64,000 nt of DNA from a virus, in the IMG/VR virus record IMGVR_UViG_3300050821_001428, positions 32,001 to 96,000 of that record; one strand, given 5' to 3'. Both the position numbers and the translations under genes were made by a program. A model generated the notes under the pieces. The model was given only the letters and a program-made list of their open reading frames with translations, was not told where the DNA came from and made no database searches. Position 1 is the stretch's first letter. Every line of letters begins with the position of its first letter. Of this stretch, positions 55,763 through 64,000 are shown one piece after another.

Positions 55763-58630
55763 TTAGCCCCGAATAATATGGTGGCCACCGCCGCCTTGCG
55801 CTGGCTTTTTCGGTGTTTTAGGAGGCTTAACTTGGGCATTGCCCGCATCCTGAACCGGCTCACCTAAGGCAGCAACCATATTAGGCGGTAGTCCGGTTTC
55901 ACTAGAGGAAAACCCCTTCATGATACTCGGGGAATTAAGCTGTGCCGTTGTCGTGAAACCCGATGTGTAATCAAAAGTATGAGTTACTTGATTCACATAC
56001 ATCATCAACCCATGTGATGGGAATCCGATCTTCCCTCCCGGGAAGATTTCCGGCATAAAGGTAAAATCAAAATGAGATTCAAACTGATTAGACCAAGCTT
56101 TCATGAAAAGCTGATAAGCCATAAACATTTCGAATACACCGGAGCGCACCATTGGATATTCTTGGACATAAGGTCTGGCCCCATATCTCTTAATGAAATT
56201 CAAAGCGTCTTTGGTTCCCATTACCTCACCGAGTCCAGATTGATCTGTACCATTTTCGATTAGACCCGGAGATTGAAATGCGTTAAACACTGTAATAGTA
56301 CCGGCTGAGAATAACTCATTTAACATTGAGTCGTTGATAGGATATGTATTATCTCCGATTGCGTATACATGGGTAGCTAGAGAATCATCTGAGATATTGA
56401 TTGTACCGCTAGTAATTTCGATATCATCAACATACCAATAAGGATCATGGTGGCCCATTTCGCCAAAATAATCTGGGTAAAACGCATAGAATGACCCATC
56501 GGGCAAGCTCATAAACTCACGCATAGATGCCTGGCATACCTGTTGGATAAATGGCAATAGCGATTGATCATGCATCAGACCCTTGCCTTCTGAGCCTAAC
56601 AAGATAGCGACGATAGAATCTTGAATTGAAGGGAAATCAAGACTCTGCGTAAATGCCTCGGCAGAGGTCTGACTAATCGTATTACCGCTATTACCACCTC
56701 CATCACTACCACCACCCGACGCATCGTTAATCGTCGTTGATCCCGCCGCTATATCCAATCTATATTGGGCATTAGGGGTAAGAAAGGATGCGGGAATATG
56801 ATAAGGTTTATATCCTTGATCTGATCTAGCATACAATGGATTACTATCTCCCTTAGATAACCATCGTGGACCATTGCCAGGTGCGCTGCCATCCGCAGTA
56901 CCCCAATAATACCCTTTGGTACCTCCAATACGCATAAAAATATGCTCCCCAGGATTATCCCAAATAGTTATTGACTGTGATGAGTTATCAACATTAGGTA
57001 CTAATATCCCTTTCTCAATTAATGCATGAACAAGTCTTGAGTCGTTGGGCACCGAACCAGCAGGTAATAATCCATCATACAATCCCGCCGCATATAATAC
57101 AGCAGCAACCGATCCCGAACAATCATATCCCTTTCCGGGAGTCCCCCCGTTTTCTCCCGATGTGCCGATAGACGGGACGCCGACTTTGGTATGACCTCCG
57201 CCCCAAATATACGGATATTTTTCGTTAGCAATAGCATTCGCGGCCTGTACTATCACATCGTAAGTACTAGTAATGGTATCCCCTAGAGCGTTAACATTAC
57301 CTAACCCATTGGAGTTCATGTATTTAGCTAATGGGCCTGAAAGAGTAAATTTCTTTGTTTTATCTGATTTGGACGCTCCGGGTTTACTGCCATCCTTATT
57401 ATTTGATGAAATTCCTTGTCCGTATTGCTTATATACTTGCTCAGCATGTTGCTGACGCCCTTTCAAATTTAATGCCGCCTGGGTTGAGGGCGAATTTTTG
57501 GCCTGGCCGTCTTCAAATCCTATCAAAAATGTAAATGCTGCCTGGGATGGGGTACCGGCAGAATTCAGTTCTGCAATCAGAGCAGAAGACATGTGATTAT
57601 ATATATATAATATCTGACCATTTAGCGTGGTTGGATCTTGTCCATGGTTTTTGCACCACTGAATCAAATCAGCATATAAACCGACTCCATTAGCATAGCT
57701 GTTGGTAAACTGGGCAATGCCGTAACCCACGCCCTTTTGTCCTAATTGGGCTGTAGTATCCCCTATTTGGACGGTGGTGGGGCTGAGTGTAGAATCTTCT
57801 ACGAGAAAATTACCCATCATGCCAGAGGCTGCTATCTCGGTTAAACCAAGGCTTGTTAATCCATTGAAAATCTTCTGTGCATTGGTATTCCCCGTGAGCG
57901 AGGGATTCATGGCTCCGTTTCCTGAACCCTGTCCGTTAGCGCCGAGCATCATCGTAAATACCTGCTGTAGTTCTGTAGCCGCAGCGGCATCCAATGTATC
58001 CATCGCATTCATAAGCGTCAGGACACGATTAACGATACCATTAGCGCCTTGTGGCAATGGCTCGATCCAGATGTCGCCATCATCCCATTGGCCTACGTCG
58101 TACAACAATCCCCAGAGTAATCTGGAGATACTACCATCTTCCAGTTTTGCCTTATTCTGCTTAAGATTTTTAGCATTAATACCTGACGCAGAGATAATTG
58201 AACCTTGTCCGGTATTGATCCATCCATACTTCTCAAAGAACGAAATCATAAATGGTAACGATGGATCAAAATATGAATATAACAAACGTTTCAAAGTACA
58301 TGATGCTTGTAATTGGATAACGGCGGGCTGAAGTTGTAGATAAGGCGTCTGATCTAGATACCCTGTGAAGACCCTGACCGGAAATCCGGCGATACGCTCC
58401 ATATAAATCGTAATGGGGTCTTGGGGATGGAACGCAATACCATTGCTAGGGGTAGTAAAAATCTTATCCGGGTTACGCAATACCAAAGTAGCCGTAGACA
58501 CCTGACCGATATTACGTTCGATTTCGCCAGATACAATAAATGGCGAAATATCTAGCGTTACATTCTGCGCGTTCTTAGTATAAGCATAAACTTTTGGTGA
58601 ATAAACCAGGCGGTTAGGCATTACCGCCAC
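55763..58630 (-). CDS. Baseplate hub with tail lysozyme and NlpC/P60 peptidase domains
   Basis: GMMGNFLVE...GYGIAQFT (lysozyme-like); PYIWGGGH...YDCSG...H (NlpC/P60). Confidence 0.8.
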   Translation of the reverse strand: MAVMPNRLVYSPKVYAYTKNAQNVTLDISPFIVSGEIERNIGQVSTATLVLRNPDKIFTTPSNGIAFHPQDPITIYMERIAGFPVRVFTGYLDQTPYLQLQPAVIQLQASCTLKRLLYSYFDPSLPFMISFFEKYGWINTGQGSIISASGINAKNLKQNKAKLEDGSISRLLWGLLYDVGQWDDGDIWIEPLPQGANGIVNRVLTLMNAMDTLDAAAATELQQVFTMMLGANGQGSGNGAMNPSLTGNTNAQKIFNGLTSLGLTEIAASGMMGNFLVEDSTLSPTTVQIGDTTAQLGQKGVGYGIAQFTNSYANGVGLYADLIQWCKNHGQDPTTLNGQILYIYNHMSSALIAELNSAGTPSQAAFTFLIGFEDGQAKNSPSTQAALNLKGRQQHAEQVYKQYGQGISSNNKDGSKPGASKSDKTKKFTLSGPLAKYMNSNGLGNVNALGDTITSTYDVIVQAANAIANEKYPYIWGGGHTKVGVPSIGTSGENGGTPGKGYDCSGSVAAVLYAAGLYDGLLPAGSVPNDSRLVHALIEKGILVPNVDNSSQSITIWDNPGEHIFMRIGGTKGYYWGTADGSAPGNGPRWLSKGDSNPLYARSDQGYKPYHIPASFLTPNAQYRLDIAAGSTTINDASGGGSDGGGNSGNTISQTSAEAFTQSLDFPSIQDSIVAILLGSEGKGLMHDQSLLPFIQQVCQASMREFMSLPDGSFYAFYPDYFGEMGHHDPYWYVDDIEITSGTINISDDSLATHVYAIGDNTYPINDSMLNELFSAGTITVFNAFQSPGLIENGTDQSGLGEVMGTKDALNFIKRYGARPYVQEYPMVRSGVFEMFMAYQLFMKAWSNQFESHFDFTFMPEIFPGGKIGFPSHGLMMYVNQVTHTFDYTSGFTTTAQLNSPSIMKGFSSSETGLPPNMVAALGEPVQDAGNAQVKPPKTPKKPAQGGGGHHIIRG

Positions 58631-59534
58631 CTCCTAATGTTGAGATAACATTGTTAGTAGCGCCCGCAACCGACTGTAGAGTCTTAACGTTATTCTTTTC
58701 GTTCTGCTTAGTAAGCCAGTTTTGTGATTTAGTTCCGTGAAGCATAGCTAGCCATGTCTGGGTTGGTTTCTCAAATGCTTCTGATTCTGTGAATAACGGG
58801 CTACGAAGCATCTGAACGACAATGAAATGCGCCGTCCACGTTGGACGATGATTACCTGCTTGGTGACTGCGGGATATGGTGTCTATATACCCCAGGCACA
58901 TAATTTTGCCATGTCCGCCTACAATGTTCTGATTGTAAGCATGTGGAATTGGTTTTTCATTATTGATTTCAAGCGTTACCTTGCGACCATCGGTACGCCC
59001 ACCTTCCGGAACCGTACCGATACTACGCGCTAGATAAAATTGCACCAAATCTGGCGTTCCACTATGATTGATCAATGCATTATGCTGAGACATGTGGATA
59101 TATTCGGTCAGCGCCCCATAATGCGCTGTGCTATAACATTGCCCTTGAATAGTAAATGATGGTATAGTGATATTATGTGGATAAAAATCTCTAGTCTTCT
59201 GAGACTGAGCGGTCGTTCCTGAAATCCCTAAATCAATTTTAAGGTCATTAACGAATAATGGTACATAGTATTCGGAATTACAGAAATTAGCGTTAGCGTG
59301 TTTTAGGAGATTCCTCCAGCGGTTCTGATAGGCTACTTGGCTAGCCCTTGCATCATAACCGCTGTTCCAGTCTTGGGAAACCGGCGCGAGCTGACCGTTA
59401 GGCCATTGTTGGTATGTAAATCCCAACGCCCCCGGTCCTATAGTTGAAGCAAATTCCGATGAGGGAAGGGTATCATCCCAAAGCTTGATTGATGGGTTAT
59501 TCCAGTTGTATGGTATCGCTGGTGGTTTAGCCAT
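58614..59534 (-). CDS. Tail/baseplate protein
   Basis: 306-aa ORF in tail operon. Confidence 0.55.
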   Translation of the reverse strand: MAKPPAIPYNWNNPSIKLWDDTLPSSEFASTIGPGALGFTYQQWPNGQLAPVSQDWNSGYDARASQVAYQNRWRNLLKHANANFCNSEYYVPLFVNDLKIDLGISGTTAQSQKTRDFYPHNITIPSFTIQGQCYSTAHYGALTEYIHMSQHNALINHSGTPDLVQFYLARSIGTVPEGGRTDGRKVTLEINNEKPIPHAYNQNIVGGHGKIMCLGYIDTISRSHQAGNHRPTWTAHFIVVQMLRSPLFTESEAFEKPTQTWLAMLHGTKSQNWLTKQNEKNNVKTLQSVAGATNNVISTLGGGGNA

Positions 59535-59536
59535 TA

Positions 59537-60361
59537 TTAACCCTTCTTAGGTTTGGTCGGAGTCTTTTTCTGTTGAAGCGAGTTATGAGTCGCATTTTGA
59601 TTATTCTTACCAAAATTAGGCTGTGAGCCAACCGCACCAACTAAGCTGGAGAAATCACCCTTCATATACGCTGGGATAAGAGAACTATAATAATCGGCCC
59701 ATTTAGATGCTTGTGCTTGGGCCGCTGAGTCGGACTGATCGCCAGACTGAAAGGGATTGGTATTCGGGTTGTTAGAATGAGGGCTAATATTACCGGTAAG
59801 GCTAAAGGTTCCAATCTGCTTGGCCGAACCGCCATCTAGGGTTGAGCTAATATCCTTGATAGCTGCTGCCTTTATGCCATCCTTAATCACAGATAAATCT
59901 GGTGAATCATCAATAATATGCGCTTGTAATTGCCATTGTGGGCCTACCATACCTGTTTGATAACCAAACCCCGGGACTGATTTAGGATAAATAGCGAATT
60001 GCCAATTACGAGTTGGATATGAACAGATCATTGGCTCTAGATTATAAGATTCATTTGGCGTAGGAGATTGAGCCTTACCTTGGGTTGCGATAATTAGGTA
60101 TCTAGAGAAAAACTTATAAATATGCTCTAATTGTTTATATGTAGCACAAGTACCAGTCATCGTTAGATCATCAATATATACAGATAAAATCTGCACAACT
60201 TCTCCACCATAAGTAGGATAAGTTTGGGTATTGAGTCCATATGCCCATTGAGCTTCATCAATACCGTTATCTATAGTTAATGATCCAAGATACTTATGCG
60301 AGAATCTTATAGTATTAGTAAACCCATGGTCCTTATTTTTATGTGGAGAAGCTGTTGTCAT
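59537..60361 (-). CDS. Tail/baseplate protein
   Basis: WAYGLNTQTYPTYGGEVVQILSVYIDDL; follows the tape measure gene. Confidence 0.55.
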   Translation of the reverse strand: MTTASPHKNKDHGFTNTIRFSHKYLGSLTIDNGIDEAQWAYGLNTQTYPTYGGEVVQILSVYIDDLTMTGTCATYKQLEHIYKFFSRYLIIATQGKAQSPTPNESYNLEPMICSYPTRNWQFAIYPKSVPGFGYQTGMVGPQWQLQAHIIDDSPDLSVIKDGIKAAAIKDISSTLDGGSAKQIGTFSLTGNISPHSNNPNTNPFQSGDQSDSAAQAQASKWADYYSSLIPAYMKGDFSSLVGAVGSQPNFGKNNQNATHNSLQQKKTPTKPKKG

Positions 60362-60364
60362 TGT

Positions 60365-62452
60365 TTAGTAGGCGTAGGACTGGGTGGCTGGATGATATGG
60401 CTGAGTACTTCCTGTTGGGTGATCATTCAACCCCGCCCAAGCCTTACGATGTATAACGTCGGACTGATCGCCACCGACTTGGTTCTTCTTTATATTAATA
60501 GGCGTTCTTCCTGCATTAGACTCGCGCTTGCTTTGTGATGGTCCCTGCACAATCTGAAGAATCCTGGCGGCCTGAGGTGTTAAACCAACGGTTACGTTTG
60601 TCGCATTTATCTTGTTATCCTTGCCGCCACCGCCGATACCTGATAAATATCTATCTGTCTGATTTAGACGATCTTTCCAATTCTTGTCATTACTTAGTTC
60701 CCGAATATGTTTAGCACTAATTCCTGCTTCGCGCAAGGCGGGGATGACCTGGGCATTCCAATCTCTGTTCAATGTTTCTCGGTTAGCACCTGTTACTTGT
60801 CCATGACCGGCCTTTCTAGCCACCTGGAAGGCGTCCCACATACCAATGCCATTGGTAGACGATCCTAATACTTCCTCGGCAGCAGCGACATGGGAGTATC
60901 GAGTATCTTCGCCAAGCATACGTTGTACTACGGACTTACTAATACCTAACATTGAGGCTATCTGTGCGGCCTCCATCTCAGAACCATTGCGGGTTCTTAA
61001 AGACGTACCATCCTTACGTGAGTACGTATCGTAATTAATGCTCTTAAGACCTTGATTTAACATTCGGACAGCTTGTAACGTCGTGCTAGTGAATTGCCCG
61101 CCACCCATGCTGCCAAGACCAGATGGCAAAACACCCTGACCGAGAGCTAGACCTTGTACAATTGGAGATTGTGCCAATTGAGCAGCCACATGAGGGTCCA
61201 AGCCGGTAGCTTCTGTGAAGCCCGTTACCGTACCGATTGATTGCGCTAATCCTGATCCCATGTTTGCTAATGCCTGTGCCGAATCAGCTACAGAGCTACC
61301 AAATGTATTAACAGATTCTTTCGCAGCGCGAGCCTGGACATCCATATTGGAAAGAGCATCCGCTAACTGGGAAGCTGATGTGCCACCATTACGTAGAGCC
61401 GGGTCAAATTGACCTAATGTTTCGGCAGACAAACCTGGCATTTTAGAAATCAAAGGCCCCATAAAATTCTTAGCTATTGTTGTCGCATCTCCACCAGGGG
61501 TAGACCATGGTGTAGGCGCGACATTAGGGGCAAATCCTTGATTCAAAATAACATCAAGCATCGACTGTGCTTGATTGCTAGTCAGACCTTGACCCGTGCC
61601 AAAGTTGACTAGATCCCTGCCGGTAAGGTAGTTCTGTAATGCCAGAGCGCCCATACCGATGCCTTGAGCCTGGCTGATATCTCGCGTAAATAGTTGATGA
61701 CCTAAAATAGCATTGCCACCCGCACCAGGGCCATATCCAAATGTCTGTCCGATAGTTGCCTGGGTACCTAGCCAATCATCAATGTGACCAACGCCTTTTC
61801 CTACCGACGATAGAATTTGAGATGCACCTTGTGCTAACCCCGGCGTTAGAGTTCTATCACCAAATTTTATACCTTGCGCGACAAGATTATTATGGGCATC
61901 GTAGACCATTTGACCATAATTATCACTAGTTTTATCCTGATTCGTATAATCAATAAATTGATTGGTAAATCCCTGCCCGAAACCTCTACTTAGATTGCCT
62001 ATCATCCCCGGGCTAGTGGCGTCCGTCATGTTCTGACCAACATTAGATGCCATATTTAGATTTTGTTGGAGATTATATGAACCCAAACGCCATCTGCGGT
62101 AAAACTGTGGTCCGCCCTCACCAATCTGAGCGGCGGCGATCACCTGACCGAGATTATCTCGGTCATCATCAATATTTTTTGCTACAGTAGCCGGATCACT
62201 TACGGCAATATTCTTCTCGTTACCCAGACTAGGTATACTCGTCGGCATACTCTGTCTAGCTTGTCTAATCGAAGCGGCAGCATCGGCAACATTGGTCGAG
62301 AATCCATTTGTTTGTATTGCCATTTGGACAGCCGAAGCAGAATCATAAGTACCAACGTTAGGCGACACTCTCTGTTCCGTATAGAACTGATTTAGTTGTG
62401 AAATCTGCGTTGTTAAACTCTGCAACGCATTGACTAGCTGATCATCTGGCAT
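60365..62452 (-). CDS. Tape measure protein
   Basis: 695 aa, G/A/Q-rich helical; follows the tail chaperone. Confidence 0.65.
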   Translation of the reverse strand: MPDDQLVNALQSLTTQISQLNQFYTEQRVSPNVGTYDSASAVQMAIQTNGFSTNVADAAASIRQARQSMPTSIPSLGNEKNIAVSDPATVAKNIDDDRDNLGQVIAAAQIGEGGPQFYRRWRLGSYNLQQNLNMASNVGQNMTDATSPGMIGNLSRGFGQGFTNQFIDYTNQDKTSDNYGQMVYDAHNNLVAQGIKFGDRTLTPGLAQGASQILSSVGKGVGHIDDWLGTQATIGQTFGYGPGAGGNAILGHQLFTRDISQAQGIGMGALALQNYLTGRDLVNFGTGQGLTSNQAQSMLDVILNQGFAPNVAPTPWSTPGGDATTIAKNFMGPLISKMPGLSAETLGQFDPALRNGGTSASQLADALSNMDVQARAAKESVNTFGSSVADSAQALANMGSGLAQSIGTVTGFTEATGLDPHVAAQLAQSPIVQGLALGQGVLPSGLGSMGGGQFTSTTLQAVRMLNQGLKSINYDTYSRKDGTSLRTRNGSEMEAAQIASMLGISKSVVQRMLGEDTRYSHVAAAEEVLGSSTNGIGMWDAFQVARKAGHGQVTGANRETLNRDWNAQVIPALREAGISAKHIRELSNDKNWKDRLNQTDRYLSGIGGGGKDNKINATNVTVGLTPQAARILQIVQGPSQSKRESNAGRTPINIKKNQVGGDQSDVIHRKAWAGLNDHPTGSTQPYHPATQSYAY

Positions 62453-62473
62453 ATCATATATTAAAGATGCGCC

Positions 62474-62502
62474 TTGACAAAAAATCTCTCATGGCGTAAC
62501 AT
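62474..62502 (+). promoter_or_regulatory. Sigma70/SigA promoter, leaderless
   Basis: TTGACA-17 nt-TAACAT with ATG 6 nt downstream. Confidence 0.65.
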
Positions 62503-62508
62503 ATAGAC

Positions 62509-62844
62509 ATGAGCAGATACGCTCCCCGTGATAAAGCAGTAGAACAATTATATCAAGAAATGAACCGACCGAATCAGAGTCGAAGCGAAGACATCTTCGA
62601 CTTTATCATTGCAGGCGGAATGATTCTGAGTATTATTCTGGTGCCGCCTTTTAATGTGATCTTTGGTCTGGCGCTTGTCGTTAATACCTTTCGGTGGGCA
62701 TCTCAAAAGTTGAAAAGTCGAAAGGCGCGTCGTCTGGCAAGAAAGGCGCTGGTAAGAAAGGCGAGGCTAAAGGTTGAGGTTGATCAAATTCGCCAGGATC
62801 AGGCGCGGTTTGCTGTGGAACAAGAGCGTCTAAACCGTCCATAG
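62509..62844 (+). CDS. Small membrane protein, antisense to tail operon
   Basis: Two hydrophobic helices plus basic tail; has its own promoter. Confidence 0.65.
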   Translation: MSRYAPRDKAVEQLYQEMNRPNQSRSEDIFDFIIAGGMILSIILVPPFNVIFGLALVVNTFRWASQKLKSRKARRLARKALVRKARLKVEVDQIRQDQARFAVEQERLNRP

Positions 62845-63205
62845 CCTCCCATTCATCCATCATCGACCATAGTTCGTTAAGGTCGCTGGGCTGATAGAAG
62901 TTCACACCACTTGGATCATCATCAACGGCGTCACTTGGCAACTGCTGTGGTTCGAATAAGCGTTGATATAGGTATGGGTCTACTACGCCAATAGACGTAG
63001 CAAAAATGCGCTGCTTGAAGTTCTCTTCGCGTTCAGCGACAACAGACTTGTCATCCCATCTCTGTAGATGCGAGACTAGGATTCGTTGGAAGGTAGAGAG
63101 GGCGGGATACCCGTATTCATCGCGCCTGTCAAAGACTCCGATTCGTTCAAGATATCTTCCAAATCCTGCAAGAACGCTGGCTGCGGACTCGTCTGTTGAG
63201 ATAAA
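62681..63205 (-). CDS. -1 frameshift extension of tail assembly chaperone (GT-like)
   Basis: The -1 frame is open from the slippery site (FISTDESAASVLAGFGRYLERIG...) to the stop at 62681. Confidence 0.7.
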   Translation of the reverse strand, partial: FISTDESAASVLAGFGRYLERIGVFDRRDEYGYPALSTFQRILVSHLQRWDDKSVVAEREENFKQRIFATSIGVVDPYLYQRLFEPQQLPSDAVDDDPSGVNFYQPSDLNELWSMMDEWEAMDGLDALVPQQTAPDPGEFDQPQPLASPFLPAPFLPDDAPFDFSTFEMPTERY

Positions 63206-63666
63206 AAATTTAGTTGCTCAACCGCCTTGGTCGCCTTGAGTTCCAGTATTTGATACTGATACCATAGATATTCTATAGTAGGCTCGTACCAACCGTCGTC
63301 CTTATTACTAATGAAGTTTAGACGACCTTGAACAAAGTCTTCTATATTAGGTCCAATAGAATCGCAGAAATCGGACCTACCGTCAACGTGCGTCAACGCC
63401 GCTGCGACATGAGCATTACGCCAAATCTTGTCGGCTATTATAGTATTACGATAAGGCTGAATAACCTGGGCGATTGCATAATGGTATTCCGGACGCAATG
63501 TTTGCAATCCAAATGTGTGTCCTGATAATTTAACAGTTTCCGTGACACGACCTAGATATGCTACACCCTCGATTATATGCTGTACCGCAGGGGTGAATAG
63601 CCGAATAGGGTCTATCGTATCGTCTTGCTTCTGACCTTGACTTTGCTCTGGCGTTTTATCCGCCAT
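63076..63666 (-). CDS. Tail assembly chaperone (G-like)
   Basis: Between tail tube and tape measure; slippery site at 63202-63211. Confidence 0.7.
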   Translation of the reverse strand: MADKTPEQSQGQKQDDTIDPIRLFTPAVQHIIEGVAYLGRVTETVKLSGHTFGLQTLRPEYHYAIAQVIQPYRNTIIADKIWRNAHVAAALTHVDGRSDFCDSIGPNIEDFVQGRLNFISNKDDGWYEPTIEYLWYQYQILELKATKAVEQLNFLSQQTSPQPAFLQDLEDILNESESLTGAMNTGIPPSLPSNES

Positions 63667-63692
63667 ACTTGACTACTTTCCTTTGTTGATAT

Positions 63693-64000
63693 TTAAACGC
63701 CGTTACGAAGAGCTAAGGCTGAATTAGTAGAGCCTTGCCTCGTAGAATAAGTATAGTTAACCGTAATTTGCTTTACGATTTCCAATGTGCCAACCTGAAT
63801 AGTTTCATCGTCGCGCACATCGGTAATAGTGCAACCGTGATATTGAGTGTATCCAGATCTAGCGGGACCACCTATGCCTTGCATATTAGGAATCTGACGA
63901 ATATATTGTACGATACTCATTTGGGATGGTGTCGCTTGAGCCTGGGCAATTACCACATCTAGAATATCTGAAGCATTTTTAAAGATACCGCCGCCAGTGA
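63693..64000 (-). CDS. Tail tube protein, C-terminal part
   Basis: YHGCTITDVRDDETIQVGTLEIVKQITVNYT; upstream of the chaperone; runs off window end. Confidence 0.65.
   Translation of the reverse strand, partial: TGGGIFKNASDILDVVIAQAQATPSQMSIVQYIRQIPNMQGIGGPARSGYTQYHGCTITDVRDDETIQVGTLEIVKQITVNYTYSTRQGSTNSALALRNGV

Noticed and set aside
1179-63962. Numerous 60-110 aa ORFs antisense to or inside long genes and tRNAs
   Set aside because: Shadow frames with no motifs or translation signals.

Overview
64-kb segment of a large lytic myovirus-type phage (~45% GC). Gene content and order resemble large actinobacterial myophages of the Bxz1/cluster C or Rhodococcus E3 type; this is inferred from motif recall, not a database search. 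Layout: (1) 1-9.8 kb, minus strand: portal N-terminus, head-region genes, and a large terminase with two LAGLIDADG inteins. (2) 9.9-22.3 kb, minus strand: a dense RNA island with 33 apparently intact tRNAs (nearly all without encoded CCA), a tmRNA, a putative RNase P RNA, tRNA remnants and anticodon-less tRNA mimics, five HNH ORFs, a Tad1-like anti-defence sponge, and several unexplained structured RNAs. (3) 22.4-26.4 kb: a frameshifted MazG-like gene and a class II ribonucleotide reductase with an intein. (4) 26.7-44 kb, plus strand: replication/recombination genes (DnaC, DnaB, primase, SSB, RNase H, DnaE, RecA, resolvase, Cas4-like, EndoVII, sigma-like, SNF2). (5) 44-64 kb, minus strand: contractile tail/baseplate genes, including a tail chaperone with a -1 frameshift. 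The two most striking observations are apparent guide/antisense RNAs in the tRNA island. A ~90-nt RNA presents a 20-nt perfect complement of the conserved 23S rRNA helix 69 region in a hairpin loop, directly upstream of an HNH ORF. A ~270-nt RNA closed by a 31-bp stem carries an exact 44-nt copy of the phage's own resolvase gene located 22 kb away. All RNA calls were folded by eye and need covariance-model confirmation.
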